In this document: in pieces, positions 1 through 13,437 of the stretch | How positions within the stretch are numbered: the first letter of the stretch is position 1 | Layout: each line of letters starts with the position of its first letter | DNA from: Styela clava | Lineage: Eukaryota | NCBI RefSeq assembly: GCF_964204865.1 | Contig: NC_135251.1 | Span: forward strand, 11,532,001 to 11,596,000 | Reading direction: 5' to 3' | Length of the DNA stretch: 64,000 nt | Notes under the pieces: generated by a model | What the model was told of the DNA's origin: nothing | The model's database searches: none | Seen by the model: the letters and a program-made list of their open reading frames with translations, nothing else | Made by a program: the position numbers and the translations under genes

Positions 1-301
1 ATTTCAATATCTCCACATGAATGTACAAATACTCATAAATCAATTCAAGTTGCATGAAGTTTTACACACATGTTATTTCTTCTCACTGCTACACATAGAA
101 TGTCTCTTTATTATTTGTAGTACTGTAATATTTCGTGTGACTGTGGACTTGTGGAGTGCTAAGAAATTTTGAAAATGGAATAGTTACCTATTTCTATTTG
201 ATCAGGAGCACCTGCTGTTACATCCTGTTAAATGTTTTAACTTCATAATCTTATTCACCAACTGAATGTTATCGTTGTTACAGGGTATTTATGTAGTGGA
301 T

Positions 302-844
302 ATGAAACAAATAGCTAGATTGTGTGGGTATGCTGCGGCTGCGTTCTGTAGCGGTCAGTACATGTGGAAAAACATTGTGTCTGTGCACAAAGTCCAGGGT
401 CAGTCTATGTATCCTGTACTCAATGAACAGCGAATGAAATCTGATTGGGTTATTATCAATGAAACGATTGCAAATCACCTGGATAAACTACAGAGAGGGG
501 ATGTAGTTGTATTTCGGAGTATGAGAAACCCAGCCGAATATCATATTAAAAGGATTGTAGCATTGGAAGGTGACACTGTAAAGACATTGGGATATAAAAA
601 TGAATTGGTCAAAGTCCCAACAGGCCACTGTTGGGTGGAAGGAGATAACCATGCAATCAGTGAGGACAGTAATAAGATTGGTCCAATACCAATGGGACTT
701 ATAACAGCCAGAGCAAGTTATATCTTGTTTCCTCATTTTAGAAAAATTCGACCAAAATTTGTTCATGATCGTGTCTCTGTCAATCCTAATGTTGAAAAGG
801 ATGTTTTGAGATATTTAAATGATTTACCGTCGGTAATTTTATGA
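302..844 (+). CDS. IMMP2L: Mitochondrial inner membrane peptidase subunit 2 (S26 signal peptidase family), single coding exon
   Basis: ORF 266..844 has the S26 Ser/Lys dyad motifs VQGQSMYP and HIKRIVALEGD, and the IMP2-type C-terminal CWVEGDNHAISEDSNKIGPIPMGLI. A splice acceptor ttacag at 278-283 suggests Met302 (180 aa) rather than Met266 is the start. Confidence 0.9.
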   Translation: MKQIARLCGYAAAAFCSGQYMWKNIVSVHKVQGQSMYPVLNEQRMKSDWVIINETIANHLDKLQRGDVVVFRSMRNPAEYHIKRIVALEGDTVKTLGYKNELVKVPTGHCWVEGDNHAISEDSNKIGPIPMGLITARASYILFPHFRKIRPKFVHDRVSVNPNVEKDVLRYLNDLPSVIL

Positions 845-2543
845 ACACACTGTGCGACTACTCGAAGGCTGTGGCCTATGTTACTATTTCCCTAAACCAA
901 CTTTCTTGATTATAAGGAGCATTGCGTTACAGATTTTTTTGTTTTTTAGAGTCAATTTTTTGCTTCAAATATTGTGCGTTTTACTATAGACTGGAAAATG
1001 ACTGTGGCCATTAGAGCATAAATTGGTGAAATATAAGAATGCTCGACAGTTATTCAAGCCATGTTCACGTTCTTTGATAGGAAATTTAAAATTATTTCTG
1101 ATACCTTACTTGTGTAGTATCGAATTCAAGGTGCTAAACCATATTTTCTTATTTGCCAATAAAGTCTTGTACTGTATCTATTATTATACATTTGGGTTCA
1201 TTGATGTTTCACTATACAGCAGTACCCAGATTCTCATGCTTGTTTCTAGATGTGTATGCCTTTTGTCCAGCCATTATACAAGCTAATCGTTTGAGCCTAT
1301 GGTTCATGAACCTTGCGATCGGACCATCCAACTTCTTGTATTTAACTATGCACCAAGTGAATTATTCATCTAAACTAAATCTACAGTTTCAGAAGACCAG
1401 TAGTTCAGTCATACAGCCTGAAAAGTTGACACATCAGAGCATATATATTTTAAACCCAGAAAATTAAAAATCATGGCTGTGCCTGTAATGCATTTAGGTG
1501 TATTATTTATCAACACTAATCGGTAACAATTCACTGTAGCGATTGAAGCAGTTTGGGTTAAATAAGGTAGATGGGAAACAAAGAACGAGCGCTCTATTTT
1601 ATCGGTCCGGAAATGAACGAAAAACATCTATTTGATTCAAGAGTCTTGCTGTAGGCTAACTAACACAAACGTATTTCTGTATCGTTCCGTCAGACTTCTT
1701 CAGACAAGCATTTTTCAACTATCAACTGATAGTAACATCTGGAACTGTGTGGTTATGCAACCAACCCTTTGTGGCTAGAACAGAACCCCTATGAAAATTT
1801 AGGAGGCTCGGGGAAACCCCTGTACAAAATAATTTGTCTGAACCTAACTAATATTGACAAAACAGAATGAATGATCTCTAAATGTGTATGTATATGGCAA
1901 GTTTATTAATAGTGTCATATATTAAAAGATACTCAGATTTGCATTCTGGACACAGTATGGTCAACCAAAACCACTTATCTAGAAATACTGCAACTTGTTT
2001 TACGTAAGACGCAAGTCTTGAAAATAAGAACAAAGAGCCCTGTCTACCTGCAATTTATTAAACAAGTCCACATATTCGTCTAGCTGGCTTTCCTGAACAT
2101 TTTCAATCATCTGTTCAACAAATCTATACATTTAGTTTATTACAAGAAAGAATGCAGGAGTAAAGATCAGTAAATATGACATATATTGCTATAATAAGTG
2201 ATGAAGGGCAAGAAATATTAATAAGGAATGATTACAAGCGTGTACTAACTGGAATTAAGTGAAGGCACCTAAAAGAGATAAATGTTTTGGTCAATCTGAT
2301 AGTGGAATAAAAAAGCCTTTTTTGCTGTTATAGGAACCGGTAGTTGTGTTCAATCCTCGTTAAAATATAGATGTTTTTGCAATGACAATTTTTACATGTC
2401 AAATCGATCTACTAGAAACTTGAAAGAAATGAACTATATACAGTTTCAAACTACTAAAAATACAGAGGTGAAAAGAAATAACCTAGGCAAAAATCACAAT
2501 CTCAAATATTGTAAGCAGGAAGACTACAAACCATCTCCAACAG

Positions 2544-2740
2544 CAGTGGTTTTCAATTTTTTTGATGGAGATTGTTTAATTACCCTTTGCTTGAATTGTA
2601 TAAATATACATAAATGCAAGTCTAATACTGGCAAAATAAAGAGCTTTGATGTGTAGCATAATAAGTATTTGATGTTACAGACTCGAATATACTACTTCCG
2701 AATTTGAATGGAAACTGGCAACTCCAGTTTTAAACCACTG
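2544..2740. mobile_element. Degenerate hAT-type MITE
   Basis: Ends cagtggttttcaa ... ttttaaaccactg, with an imperfect flanking duplication (ctccaacag / ctctgcag). Confidence 0.5.
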
Positions 2741-3289
2741 CTCTGCAGAGTACAACCTTGTCCGACATTTACATTGAATCAATTATGGTATAATTCTACT
2801 CCCATTGGTCAAAACATCTGGTTCGGGCGTACCAGTCCCCTCATCAAACTGTGTTAATCAATAAGACTAAAAGTCCAATCATAAATCTACACTGTAACAT
2901 TAATCTCTATGAAGGTAAACAGCAGCGATTAAAGAAGAATTCATTCATTTAGGTGAAGAAACTGGAAGTAGAAAATGTAAAAAACAAGCAAAAATATTGC
3001 GAAAAATACTTGAAACAAATTCATTATAACATAATTCAACAGGCAACACCACAACTTAGCAGCAATACCTTGCTCATCAAACAAAAATTAGAACATTGCA
3101 GTAAAAGCTATGACAGATCAACATGATTATAGAAAAAAAAATTTATAATTCAGTATAATACAATAGAAAAGTTAGTTGGGCATTACAAAAAGCTAAAACA
3201 GCACATCAAACCACTATTACACCAAGAAAATGATAAAACTCGAGAGGATGTATCTGACTGTAATAAACACATTGGTTGGACATCACTCC

Positions 3290-3554
3290 TGCTGGTATCT
3301 GTGGGCCACCCTCTATTGTCGTTTAACATAACGTCACTTAAACGTGCGAATACCCCGACAGTGGAGCCTGTAGTGTCAACCTTAATTAGATCGACTAAAC
3401 AAATGGGGCGTTAACGATGTGACACGTTTTGACGGCCCCATCTGTTCAGTCGATCTAATTAAGGTTGACACTAAAGGCTCCACTGTCGCGGTATTCGCAC
3501 GTTTAAGTGACGTTATATTAAACGACAATAGAGGGTGGCCCACTGATACCAGCA
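3290..3554. mobile_element. Palindromic (foldback) MITE, ~120-bp arms, TG...CA ends, 4-bp TSD ctcc
   Basis: The left arm tgctggtatctgtgggccaccctctattgtcgtttaa... is the near-perfect reverse complement of ...ttaaacgacaatagagggtggcccactgataccagca. ctcc flanks both sides (3286-3289, 3555-3558). Confidence 0.85.
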
Positions 3555-3724
3555 CTCCAATCTAGAGCAGTGCATGTGACACTAAAATTGTTCCACTACA
3601 GCGGTGTGGCCTCTATGGTTATATAAAGCAATCCTCCAGAGCCAGATGTCACGTATTTACATCCCACTACAACACAGAGGTATATATATCAGTTGATATA
3701 TCGCCAATCAATTTCCGCAGAGCT

Positions 3725-6700
3725 CTAGTTCACAGCCAAAGGTGCTGTTGCAGTAGTAGTTTGACTGAAATCAAAAAATGCATACTGCGGAGTGAAGCTA
3801 GTATCAGGTGTTCTGACATCTTCTTCATTAATCTCAGATGTTTCCAGATCATCGTCAACCAAAGCAGCTCCCCCTGTCACTGCTTCTTCATAGCTTGGCA
3901 ATGGCACAGATGCAAAAGCACCTGGAAAAAGATTATCATACACTTAAACAATATATACCCTGATTTTCAATATGGTTCCTAATTTCATTTTGTTGCAAAA
4001 TTTTCCACTGGGAAATTACTGACACTAATATCAATGATGCACAACACAAACTTCCCTATTTGTTTCCTTAGTAACCAATCAGCAATAAGTTGACAGAAAA
4101 ATTTATTTCAATGACCAATCAGCAACAAACCTGATAGAATAATTGAAATTAGTGCATCTATTCAACACTTTCTCATTCGGACAGAATTTCAAGCATAGTT
4201 GCAAACATTCGCTCGTTTTCATAGTTTTGCTATCTGGCATTTTCTAGTAGGGTTTCCGAAATTCTATTACACATAATAGATCACATTACTCAAGGGTCAT
4301 TTCGTCTTCCGAGGGGAGTAGATTAGCAAAAAATTGGCTATAAAGTTGTCTGAATATTTTGTGATCAAAGTGATGGTTATTAACATGCACACCATCTTGT
4401 AATAATGATAATGTATGGAAAGAATTTCAAATATTGACAAAAACTTTCACACAGTGTGTTTTCAACACAAATTTGAATTACGAACTTTTATTCCAGACGT
4501 ATACTAGACAAAATAATATAGCTCTTAAAACACTGGTTTATGCCATCTTCAATTTTAAAATCTTCTGCCTAATCAATTTACACTGCAAATTGCATCTTAC
4601 TGTCTCCTGGATCATAAGCAGGTGGAGGTGCGCTCGGCTCAACAGAAAATTCCAAGGGTGGAGCAGTTGCTACTGCTTGAGGTGCAGAATATGATACTGC
4701 AGGCGGGGGTGGTCTAAGTGGAGGTGATGTCATCAACGGAACACTACCTATTGTTAGATAGTTGCTACGACCAGATATTTCTGATCCACCCACGCCACCC
4801 GGAACAATCATCACAACCTGAAATGAAATTTACTTTACTAAAAACTAGACGATTTAATTTAAAAATTATGTGTTTGTTACATTTCAGCCACAAGAAAAAG
4901 TGTATGTAAAATGAATTACTTTTGTGAATTAGATTTAGACTCGAGCACAGTCTATGAATGTAATTCACTTTATTAAAGTCGGTTGCTACAACAATTGGTT
5001 TTAATTTTCATATTACACTACAATATTAAAATAATGTAGAAATGTATCACAAAAAACATATTTAAATATTTAAATCCTAGTACTCCTAGAGATGAGAATG
5101 TTTTTATCAAACTATTTTGTCTGCTTTATATAAACATACCGTAAATGCGCGTTTTACCGCCCGATCTTGAACAAGGGCCCGTTTGAATAGCCGCCCGTGT
5201 GAACAGAACATAAAAATAAATATGGGCCGGTGCTTGAATACACGCCCGATGTAAAAGCTGATATTTCAGTGGTAGAAAACAATAGGAAATAAGAAGCGCT
5301 TTTGTCACAACGCTCTTGAATTTTAAGCGCTGGTAGATAACACTCACGCCTTAGGCGTCCAATTACAAACCAGATAGCATTTGTTTTAAAAATAACAAGC
5401 GCCCGTGCTTGAATAAGGGCCGGTTTGAATAAGGGCCTGGTTAGTGAGTTTGGGTAAAAAAATATGGGTCTGGACTACAAAACGAGCAAATACGGTATGT
5501 CAAATTAATCTGCTTCAAATTTAATAATAACCGCGAGAAGGTTTAAGTATTTATAGATAAAATTTTCTTTTTCCAAAAACATTCATGTGACAATGTGATA
5601 CTTGGTTTAACCTAAAACAAGAAACTCTGGTTCACCTTCAAATAATATTGCACATCAATAACTGAGCAATTTCTTAAACCAGACGGAATCAATGGTGGGA
5701 TTTGCATCAGCTGTTTATTCTGCCAATTCTCCGCACCATCGCCCCCAATGGCAGATGACATAGTCCATGTTGAAACAGCCTTTGACATTTCATGTGTAAT
5801 AATGGCAGAATTGGGAGCTGAATTTTTTAATCTCCCAAAGAATGTAACCAACTGCCATAGCTCCACCTTTAATGATTTTATAGGTCGTGACCTGTGAAAT
5901 GAAAATGCATCTCAAAATATATTTGTAGTTTTATGGCCAATGGTTGGGGGAATTGGAGCCAACAAGCCACTGTGCTTTTGAACCATCACCAATATCCTGC
6001 TTACAATTATGAGCATAAAATATACAATATCAATGAATACTAAATTGCAAAACTTTATTCCAAAATCAGACACTTTATGTAATTTAACTGAAACCTACTG
6101 CATTATAATAATAATTTTTTCTATGAATCAAAAAAATTGCAATTTCGCCAAAATCTAAGATTGCATTGCAGATCTAAGACATTGCAACAAACAGCCAACT
6201 ACTGCTATACCAAATTTGAAAGATTTTACCCTTTCTAAACCTGATAGAAGCACTTTACAGTAAAATTTGTACTGTATAAACTTGCATATGAAGATGTTAA
6301 ATACTTTTTTTATTTCTATTTAATATAAATGTAATGGAGAGTGGAGACGTTGTACATATTAATAACTTTTCAGAAAAGTTATGTATAAACTCAACAAATA
6401 TAAATCAAAGCAATCTCACAATGTCCAATTTTTTTCAATAAATAAGTCATATTTATATTTACATATCGCCAGTATAATACCATTTTCTAGTTTCACTACT
6501 TTGAAAAGCCATACCATTGCATCGGTGATATTTTACCTATCCTATGGAAGTGTTTGTACAATGTTATTCACCAACCTCCCATTTACAATGATTCCATTCG
6601 CCTTTATGAATTCACCGGCAACATATCCTGTTTTTTCAGTAGCTATATCAACAGTAACTGCACCCTTTTTCCACCAACACATTCCACTTGCTTTCTTTTC

Positions 6701-9700
6701 GCAATGTATTCTTAGTGGAGTCTAAATTTGAAATAAAGCATATTAACTATATTGCTATCATATGAAAGTACCTTCGTTAATAAATATCATTTATAGTTGG
6801 ATGTGATGGTCCATTACTCAAAGTGTTGGACTCAAATCTCCTGCCCACCACCTCACTCAGGATGTCAGGGTAAATGTAAAACCCCATATCTATCTGTGGC
6901 TGTTTGTGCTAAAATTAGCAACCTGGAGACATTCAGAAAACAACAGGGGTTTTTGGCATTACCATATTTCCGGATGCGTTAGCGGCTTGATTGAGTGCCT
7001 GAACAAATTTGAGTAAAGCAAGGTCATGCGTATCGACTCAGAAATATAGGAGATTGGTCTTTGATGAAGGTACAAGCGACCAGAGTGATTAAAACTATAA
7101 ATGATTTATAGTAAATCATTATATTGCAGAATTTCAAGGTCATAGTCTTACATGGTCAAAATATAAAAACATTATTCGGTATAATTGGTAACTTAGATCT
7201 TAGAAGTTCTTAGAATTTGTGTCATTATTAAATGAGAGACTTTAGGATATTAACATAGTGCTCATACTCATCAAATAACATACGCCAGAGTTTACAGCCT
7301 TAATAATAGCTTATGTCTATATGTTGATCAGTTACAAACTAACGACTGAGTAAATGTAAATATGAGCACAATGATTAATAATAAATATTGTCAGTTGTCA
7401 CATTCGTCGAGATTATTCTTATTAAGATACCACATAGTGTATTCAAGTTGGACCAGCTTGTAATATCAGCCCATCAAATAATGATTAGTTTATAGAATCT
7501 GAAACTTATTTCATTTTTTTAAGATAATTTTTCCACTTTAAATAATCCAAACGTCATAATGAGCATTTCGCATCTCCCATCACTTACAATACCATTATGA
7601 ATTACATTTTTACGCTCTGTATGTGCAGTTTATATTTTCAATATGATGAACTAATGATTACTACCGGCTGCTTTATCTTTAATTTTGAAGCAATATTTTT
7701 TCCTTATCTGACTTCAGTGAAGAATTGGCAAATCGAATCACAGATACAAAAACATTGATCAAAATTCGAGTTTACTATTTTTGAATGCAAAAATCGGAAT
7801 TGCTCAGTACCCCTGGCAAACTTTATTTCGCATTTTTATACGTCTTACAAATCATCGATATACAAAATTTGATTGAACAATACAAAATTGTCTAAGAATT
7901 TAGTCTCCAAAATATAGCAAATCTAAACATAACAAGTTCCAACTTCTGCTGATCATGAGTTCGTGGTGGTTAATAAGTATTCGCTCAAGGCCACATTGCT
8001 ATCATATAAACAATTGAACTTCCTTCGCATTGACTTAAATTTACTAACCCTTGATGATGGCATATTGTTCAAATCAACAGTATCCAATACTGTGAATGCT
8101 GATAAACATTTGTCTCGTGATGATAATATTCCAGGATATTCAACAACTGCTTTAATACTGTATCGTACATGCCCATAATTTCCTATAAAATATAGAAATG
8201 AAAGAGTGGTTGATACCTATTTCGCTTCAATTAACATTATTATATGAACATAGGAACGAAAGCCTGAAAACAGAATATGACTAAAAAAGGAATCCTAAAC
8301 CTAAAACTATACTGATTATATATTCCATTAAGTTAATGCTGTATATATTTGTGATTGGTGACTTGGTGTGTACATATTCTGTGGACCAGACAATAACAAT
8401 GCCTCGCTCAGAACAAATATTTACTATGTGTGACTTACTTTTATAGCAGTGCCAAAAATATTTGGTTGAAAGCAAGGTGATAAAATTAAAGCTTGTTAAC
8501 ATTTAAAGTTTCAAATGGTTTTGCAATTTTCAAGAGCAGAACATAATGAAAATGTATGATATCAACATTATGTACCTAGTTTGTGTGAATGGGATATGAC
8601 TTATTAATATCATTATTCATACCTTCAAAAGACGTTGGCAAAGCTTGCTTCAGCTGAAATTGAAACGGGTACCTGTGCTGACCAGCCTGAATATCATGAT
8701 CTGAACCTGTAAATACAAATGGAGTCTTTCATCTGTGACTTAAAGTTATAATATTTATTTCTAGTTTAAACATCAGTACTGAATCATGTTGTGTCAGGTA
8801 TTACAGAGAATACATAAATTCTTTAATTAGAATCCTATTAACAGCCAGCAGTCTAACGCAAAACCAGCGATGACAATGGCCTTTTTAAAATTTAAGTAAT
8901 TCCTATAGATATTGATTTATTCAAAAGTCATGAAACGTCACTAAAATTGGAACACAGTGTCTGATATTCCAAGAAATATTTTATTTCATCCATCACAAAG
9001 TACGGTAATTCAAAGATAATTAGAATCATGTATATTTAATTTCAGCTATTAATACTAAAAACTGTGAAATCCAAATTTGTGAAGTATAATTCTCTTCAAA
9101 CATGGCATGGTACATGGCTATCAGGTAACTTCAATTTGATCATGGAGATTGTTAAAAAACATCACCTTATTGAAAAAGGCAAACAACTTAGCAAAATATG
9201 AGAAAGGTAACGAGGTTCTCACATTACTAAACTTATGGGAAAAACCTGTCAGACCCTTCAATAATATTTACTTTATGGTAAAAAAAAATGGTGAAAAAAA
9301 ATTCGACGGTTCTTACCTGCAAACACATCAAATGTAAAATGAAAATATTTCTCTTGATTTCTGAGTTGTTTGCCATCAGGAGTCTTCAATTTTATGATTG
9401 ATTCTCCGACAGCATTGACTTTAATTTCTAGAAAAATTTTATCAGGTACTGTGAATAATATATAAAAAAGTATGCACTGAGTGGAACAAAAAAATTTGAA
9501 ATAGATCAATAAAAAATAAATTATGGAAGTCTTTTCCTCAAGATAATAATGAATATATATGAAGTTATTTACAATTCCATAGTACAAAAAAGATGATAAC
9601 ACATAAGACAAACACACAGGACATAATCTCAAACCTCAGGAGTTGCCAAGACTTCAGATGAAGTTTAAAATGATACATAAAGTACCACACATCTCATTTT

Positions 9701-9954
9701 CTAACAAAACTATAATCAGTGAAGAAAATACAAAGAGGCTATAATAAGATTGTGAGCATCATGATTTCACAGAAAATTCATTTATACAGATCAATCATTA
9801 TACAGAATACAATACATCAACAAAAACAAATCACCTTACTTTTAATTTTCTTTGGTTTTTTAAGTTCCACCTCAACGGCACCCTGCACGTAATCACCAGG
9901 CGCATATACCTTGCGATTATTTAAATATGTTATGGTCAAGCCGTGCTTTCCCAT
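3725..9954 (-). CDS. Alpha-arrestin / arrestin domain-containing protein (ARRDC/TXNIP family), ~419 aa, 8 exons
   Basis: Exons 9840-9954, 9317-9427, 8623-8706, 8049-8182, 6576-6721, 5636-5891, 4601-4817, 3725-3921 join in frame (1260 nt) at GT-AG sites. Arrestin_N motifs: VYAPGDYVQG, GQHRYPFQFQL...LPTSFEGNYGHVRYSIKA. Arrestin_C motifs: KTGYVAGE, IPPLIPSGLRNCSVIDVQYYLKV. C-terminal PY motifs PPAY and LPSY. Confidence 0.9.
5139..5495. mobile_element. pogo/Tc1-mariner-type MITE (TA target duplication) in an arrestin intron
   Basis: ta|ccgtaaatgcgcgttt ... aaacgagcaaatacgg|ta, with internal repeated (g/t)cttgaata-gggcc motifs. Confidence 0.7.
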
Positions 9955-11052
9955 ATCTTTGAATGAATTTAATAAATGAACATGACAGTCAATACTGTAA
10001 AATAAAAGACCAGTGAGATTGAGATTATGTGTACTTTCGCAAATGCCTTTTATCTGAATTTTCTATTTCAGTATTCTCTTAACTTCCGAACTATTTCAAA
10101 ACTTAGTCGAAAATGAGTTATTTCCTGTCCCTCCATTTGGCTCAATAAAACAAGCACTCCATGTGTCTCACAAACGAGGGGCGTCTGGGACCACGTCAGA
10201 TACTTCATATGGCGCCATGCTTAACTCAATAATAATCTAAATTTTTCGTGGCTGTCACATGACCAAAATTATCGTTTTTTGCTAAAAACTCTCTAATGCT
10301 ACGGTTAATTTTTTTTTCCTTCAGTAAATCGGATAATTTTTTCCCAAGGAATTCAATGATGCTGTCATTCAGTCATTGATGGTTTTAATCAATATATCCA
10401 TCTTTAGAGATGACAAAAACAAATAATTTACTATTCCAATCATATCTGCATATACTAGTGAAATATTTTCAGGCCTATTCAAAAACATTTTTTAGAATAG
10501 TCTATATAATATTTTTCAGAATATAGAGATCAGGCATTGTCAATTGCTCAACGTCTGAGACTAACAATTTCTTGAATAAATTCCAACTTATTTTGTATAT
10601 CAAAAATACACTGTAGGCTATATAGAAATACAGAAATAAAAGACAGAAATTTTTAATAATGCTGCTCAAAGAAGTGTCGTTCTTCCGACGATTCGCGACG
10701 AACAAACACTAAAACAGGATATGCGTATAGCCTATTTTCATACAAAATTCATATTACAGTATTAAAATATTTTCTACTGGCAATTCATCACCTAATAGCT
10801 CCAGGTACAGAAGTAACACGATTACATTCAAAAACACTTGTAACTGTGGAAATTAATGGCAATTTTCCAAGCAGCCACTTCAGATGATAATAAAATCTCA
10901 TGCAGTGATCGCTGAGAAGTGGGAATTTGATGAATCATCTTCAAATTAATTAATATTTACATCAAATTTATTTCAATTTGAACTTTTTGAATCCATAATC
11001 CCCCATCAAGTTGGGCATTTCTCCTAACCCAGTAACCATAGAACAATTCGTT

Positions 11053-11508
11053 GGGTCTGGTATAGTTTAGTACCACATCCACTTCTAGTTGGCCTGGCTC
11101 AACATTTATTGCATATGTCAATCCTAACCCCCACCTGAATACGTCACCAAAAAATTACGTCATTCCGACGTCACAGTGGCGTAATAAGGCTCACCGAAGT
11201 ATGCGGATGGTCGTCCAAAACGCGCCCCAAATCGAGCAAGCTATTTCTCTCGTTTTCTCATCGCAACGATCACGATACTGCGATAGGAGAGAGATCGCCG
11301 GCTTTAGCAAGTTCTTATCAGCGGCGCAGATGCCATTTCGGGCGATCATAATTATACTTTGGCAATCCCTATGACGTGATGGTGACGTGGTAGTGACGCA
11401 ATTTTTGGATGGCATAGTCAGGTGAGGGTTAAGAATAACATATGCAAAAATCGTTATGCTACGCCCACTGGAAGTACGGTACTTGTGGTACTAAACTATA
11501 CTAGACCC
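11053..11508. mobile_element. MITE with long imperfect terminal inverted repeats
   Basis: gggtctggtatagtttagtaccaca ... tgtggtactaaactatactagaccc, with inverted symmetry continuing ~130 bp inward. The core is homologous to 22476-22855. Confidence 0.75.
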
Positions 11509-11532
11509 GAATACTCTCTCTCTCTCTCTCTC

Positions 11533-11809
11533 TTGGCGGGACTTAAATGACAAAATTAGCAGAAAGTTGCGCGTACCAGTAAATAGGAAGTATAATATGC
11601 AAAATAGGCCTCATACTGTAAGCTTATGCGTAATATCAGGCTATATCTGTATTCCAGAATCCCTAAAAGCTAGCACGAACGAAAACCACGACCACCAGCA
11701 AGTAATTCAACCTGCTTTGTCATGTCTCATGATTCGATCGGTACTTTTTGGTCGAAGCCACGTGACCATTTGTTGTGACTGTGATGTTTTAATGATCACT
11801 GTGACGTCA
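11533..11809 (+). promoter_or_regulatory. Candidate MEIOB upstream motifs: E2F-like ttggcggga (11533), E-box cacgtgac (11759), CRE tgacgtca (11802)
   Basis: Motif matches within 360 bp upstream of the MEIOB ATG. Function is untested. Confidence 0.35.
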
Positions 11810-11887
11810 TAATTCTTAGCGCTTACGTAAACGTCAATCTGGCATTGGCTTGGTTGTCTGCGCCAGCTTCAATGTATTTCTGTAGAG

Positions 11888-13324
11888 ATGATGGAAGGGG
11901 GGGAAGAAAACTCTTTCGGAATTACTCTCATAAAGGACCTACGACCGGAACCATCTTCATTGAATCTGGTTGGGTTAGTTATATGTAAACATTCGCCAAG
12001 ACAATTGAAAGACTCCAAGTCTAACGAGCAGAATGGGGGAAGTCGATATGTGATGAGCTTCACTATCCGCGATGTTTCAGGTCACATTAATTGTAGCCTA
12101 TGGGGAAACGAGCCGTTTGTTATGAATGTATGTCAGAGTTTTCAAATCGGTGATTTTGTTACTCTGTCTAACGGCCAAACTACCATGAAAGGCCCTTCTG
12201 ACGAGATATTCAACCCATCGAATTCGAGTGCGTTCAATATAACAATCAGCGAAAAGTATGGAGGGAATATTTTGCCATGCGATGTTCTACCAGAATTAAA
12301 GCAACTGCTACATGCTCCTATACGACCGAATAACGATTATTACACACTGGAAGAGTTGATCGAACAAGGAGAACGGATGAACGGAGAATACGTGAACATC
12401 CTCGCGGTCGTACGAAAGATTAGTTCAGTTCAACACTTGAAAACAAAAAATGGTAAAGACCTGGACAAGATGGAAGTGTCATTCTTTGACAACACGTCAG
12501 ATACATTTACCGTAGTAGTTTGGGAGCGGGAATACTTTAGCTACATTCAACAATGGACGGAAAAGAGATCGGTTATTTTTGCCGCCGATGTGAGACTGAA
12601 TCAAAACAAGTTTAAAAATTGTTTGCAAGGAACATTTACAAGTAAAACTGTATGCATAAGAGATCCAGACACAAGCAATGCTCACCAACTCTACGATTAC
12701 GCTCTGGAATATGCGGACCGGATGGAAGAACTTTTCGGAAACAGTAAGGATGATCTTGGAAATGATATTCAGAACCTTGACGACGATGAGCTACAGACCT
12801 TCACAGTTGAAGAGATCCTTGCTACACAAAAAGAGATGACATCTCAACACACTGAAGAACCCCATAAGCCCAATGCCATAAGGGGTTTTCTCCAAGCAGC
12901 CATAACCAGCTTCAATATAGATGATTCAAAAAATATCTGGTGCCTCAGATGCTCATCTTGCAGATATAGAATATCATCCGACGGCTCGAAATGGTGTCCA
13001 AACGAGCAATGTGTGACAAGGCAGGACACTTCCAAGTTCTCTGCCGAACGCACATTCGACCTCCAGATGTCACTATCAGACCATACTGGTACGTTAGACC
13101 AATGTCGTATCGGCGGCAAGGCAGCTGAAAACTTGTTTGGAATCACAGTGGATGGCTTAGAATGCCTTACAACAGAAGACTTAACAGATTTAAAATGGTC
13201 ATGGTTAATGGAAAGATGCAGAGTTCGCTTCAGGTTCAGCTTTGATCATCCAGCTTCTAGACCTCGGATAGAGAGATGTGAAAAGCCGAGCCTTGAACAG
13301 GCATTGAATGGAATTAGAGTATGA
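11888..13324 (+). CDS. MEIOB: Meiosis-specific OB-fold protein, 478 aa, intronless
   Basis: Matches recalled MEIOB blocks: RYVMSFTIRD..HINCSLWGNE, FQIGDFV, LLHAPIRPNNDYYTL, NGEYVNILAVV, SVIFAADVRLNQNKFKNC, the CSSC...CPNEQC zinc ribbon and LSDHTGTL. RPA1-like OB-fold architecture. Confidence 0.93.
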   Translation: MMEGGEENSFGITLIKDLRPEPSSLNLVGLVICKHSPRQLKDSKSNEQNGGSRYVMSFTIRDVSGHINCSLWGNEPFVMNVCQSFQIGDFVTLSNGQTTMKGPSDEIFNPSNSSAFNITISEKYGGNILPCDVLPELKQLLHAPIRPNNDYYTLEELIEQGERMNGEYVNILAVVRKISSVQHLKTKNGKDLDKMEVSFFDNTSDTFTVVVWEREYFSYIQQWTEKRSVIFAADVRLNQNKFKNCLQGTFTSKTVCIRDPDTSNAHQLYDYALEYADRMEELFGNSKDDLGNDIQNLDDDELQTFTVEEILATQKEMTSQHTEEPHKPNAIRGFLQAAITSFNIDDSKNIWCLRCSSCRYRISSDGSKWCPNEQCVTRQDTSKFSAERTFDLQMSLSDHTGTLDQCRIGGKAAENLFGITVDGLECLTTEDLTDLKWSWLMERCRVRFRFSFDHPASRPRIERCEKPSLEQALNGIRV

Positions 13325-13437
13325 AAGAATTAAATTACTACTACTGCTAGAGACATCAAAAGAACAAGATTTCCATTTGTTCCCTTGGCTGGATCCTATC
13401 TATGCCGAGAATGTATCAAACAAAACAATTTAAATTG

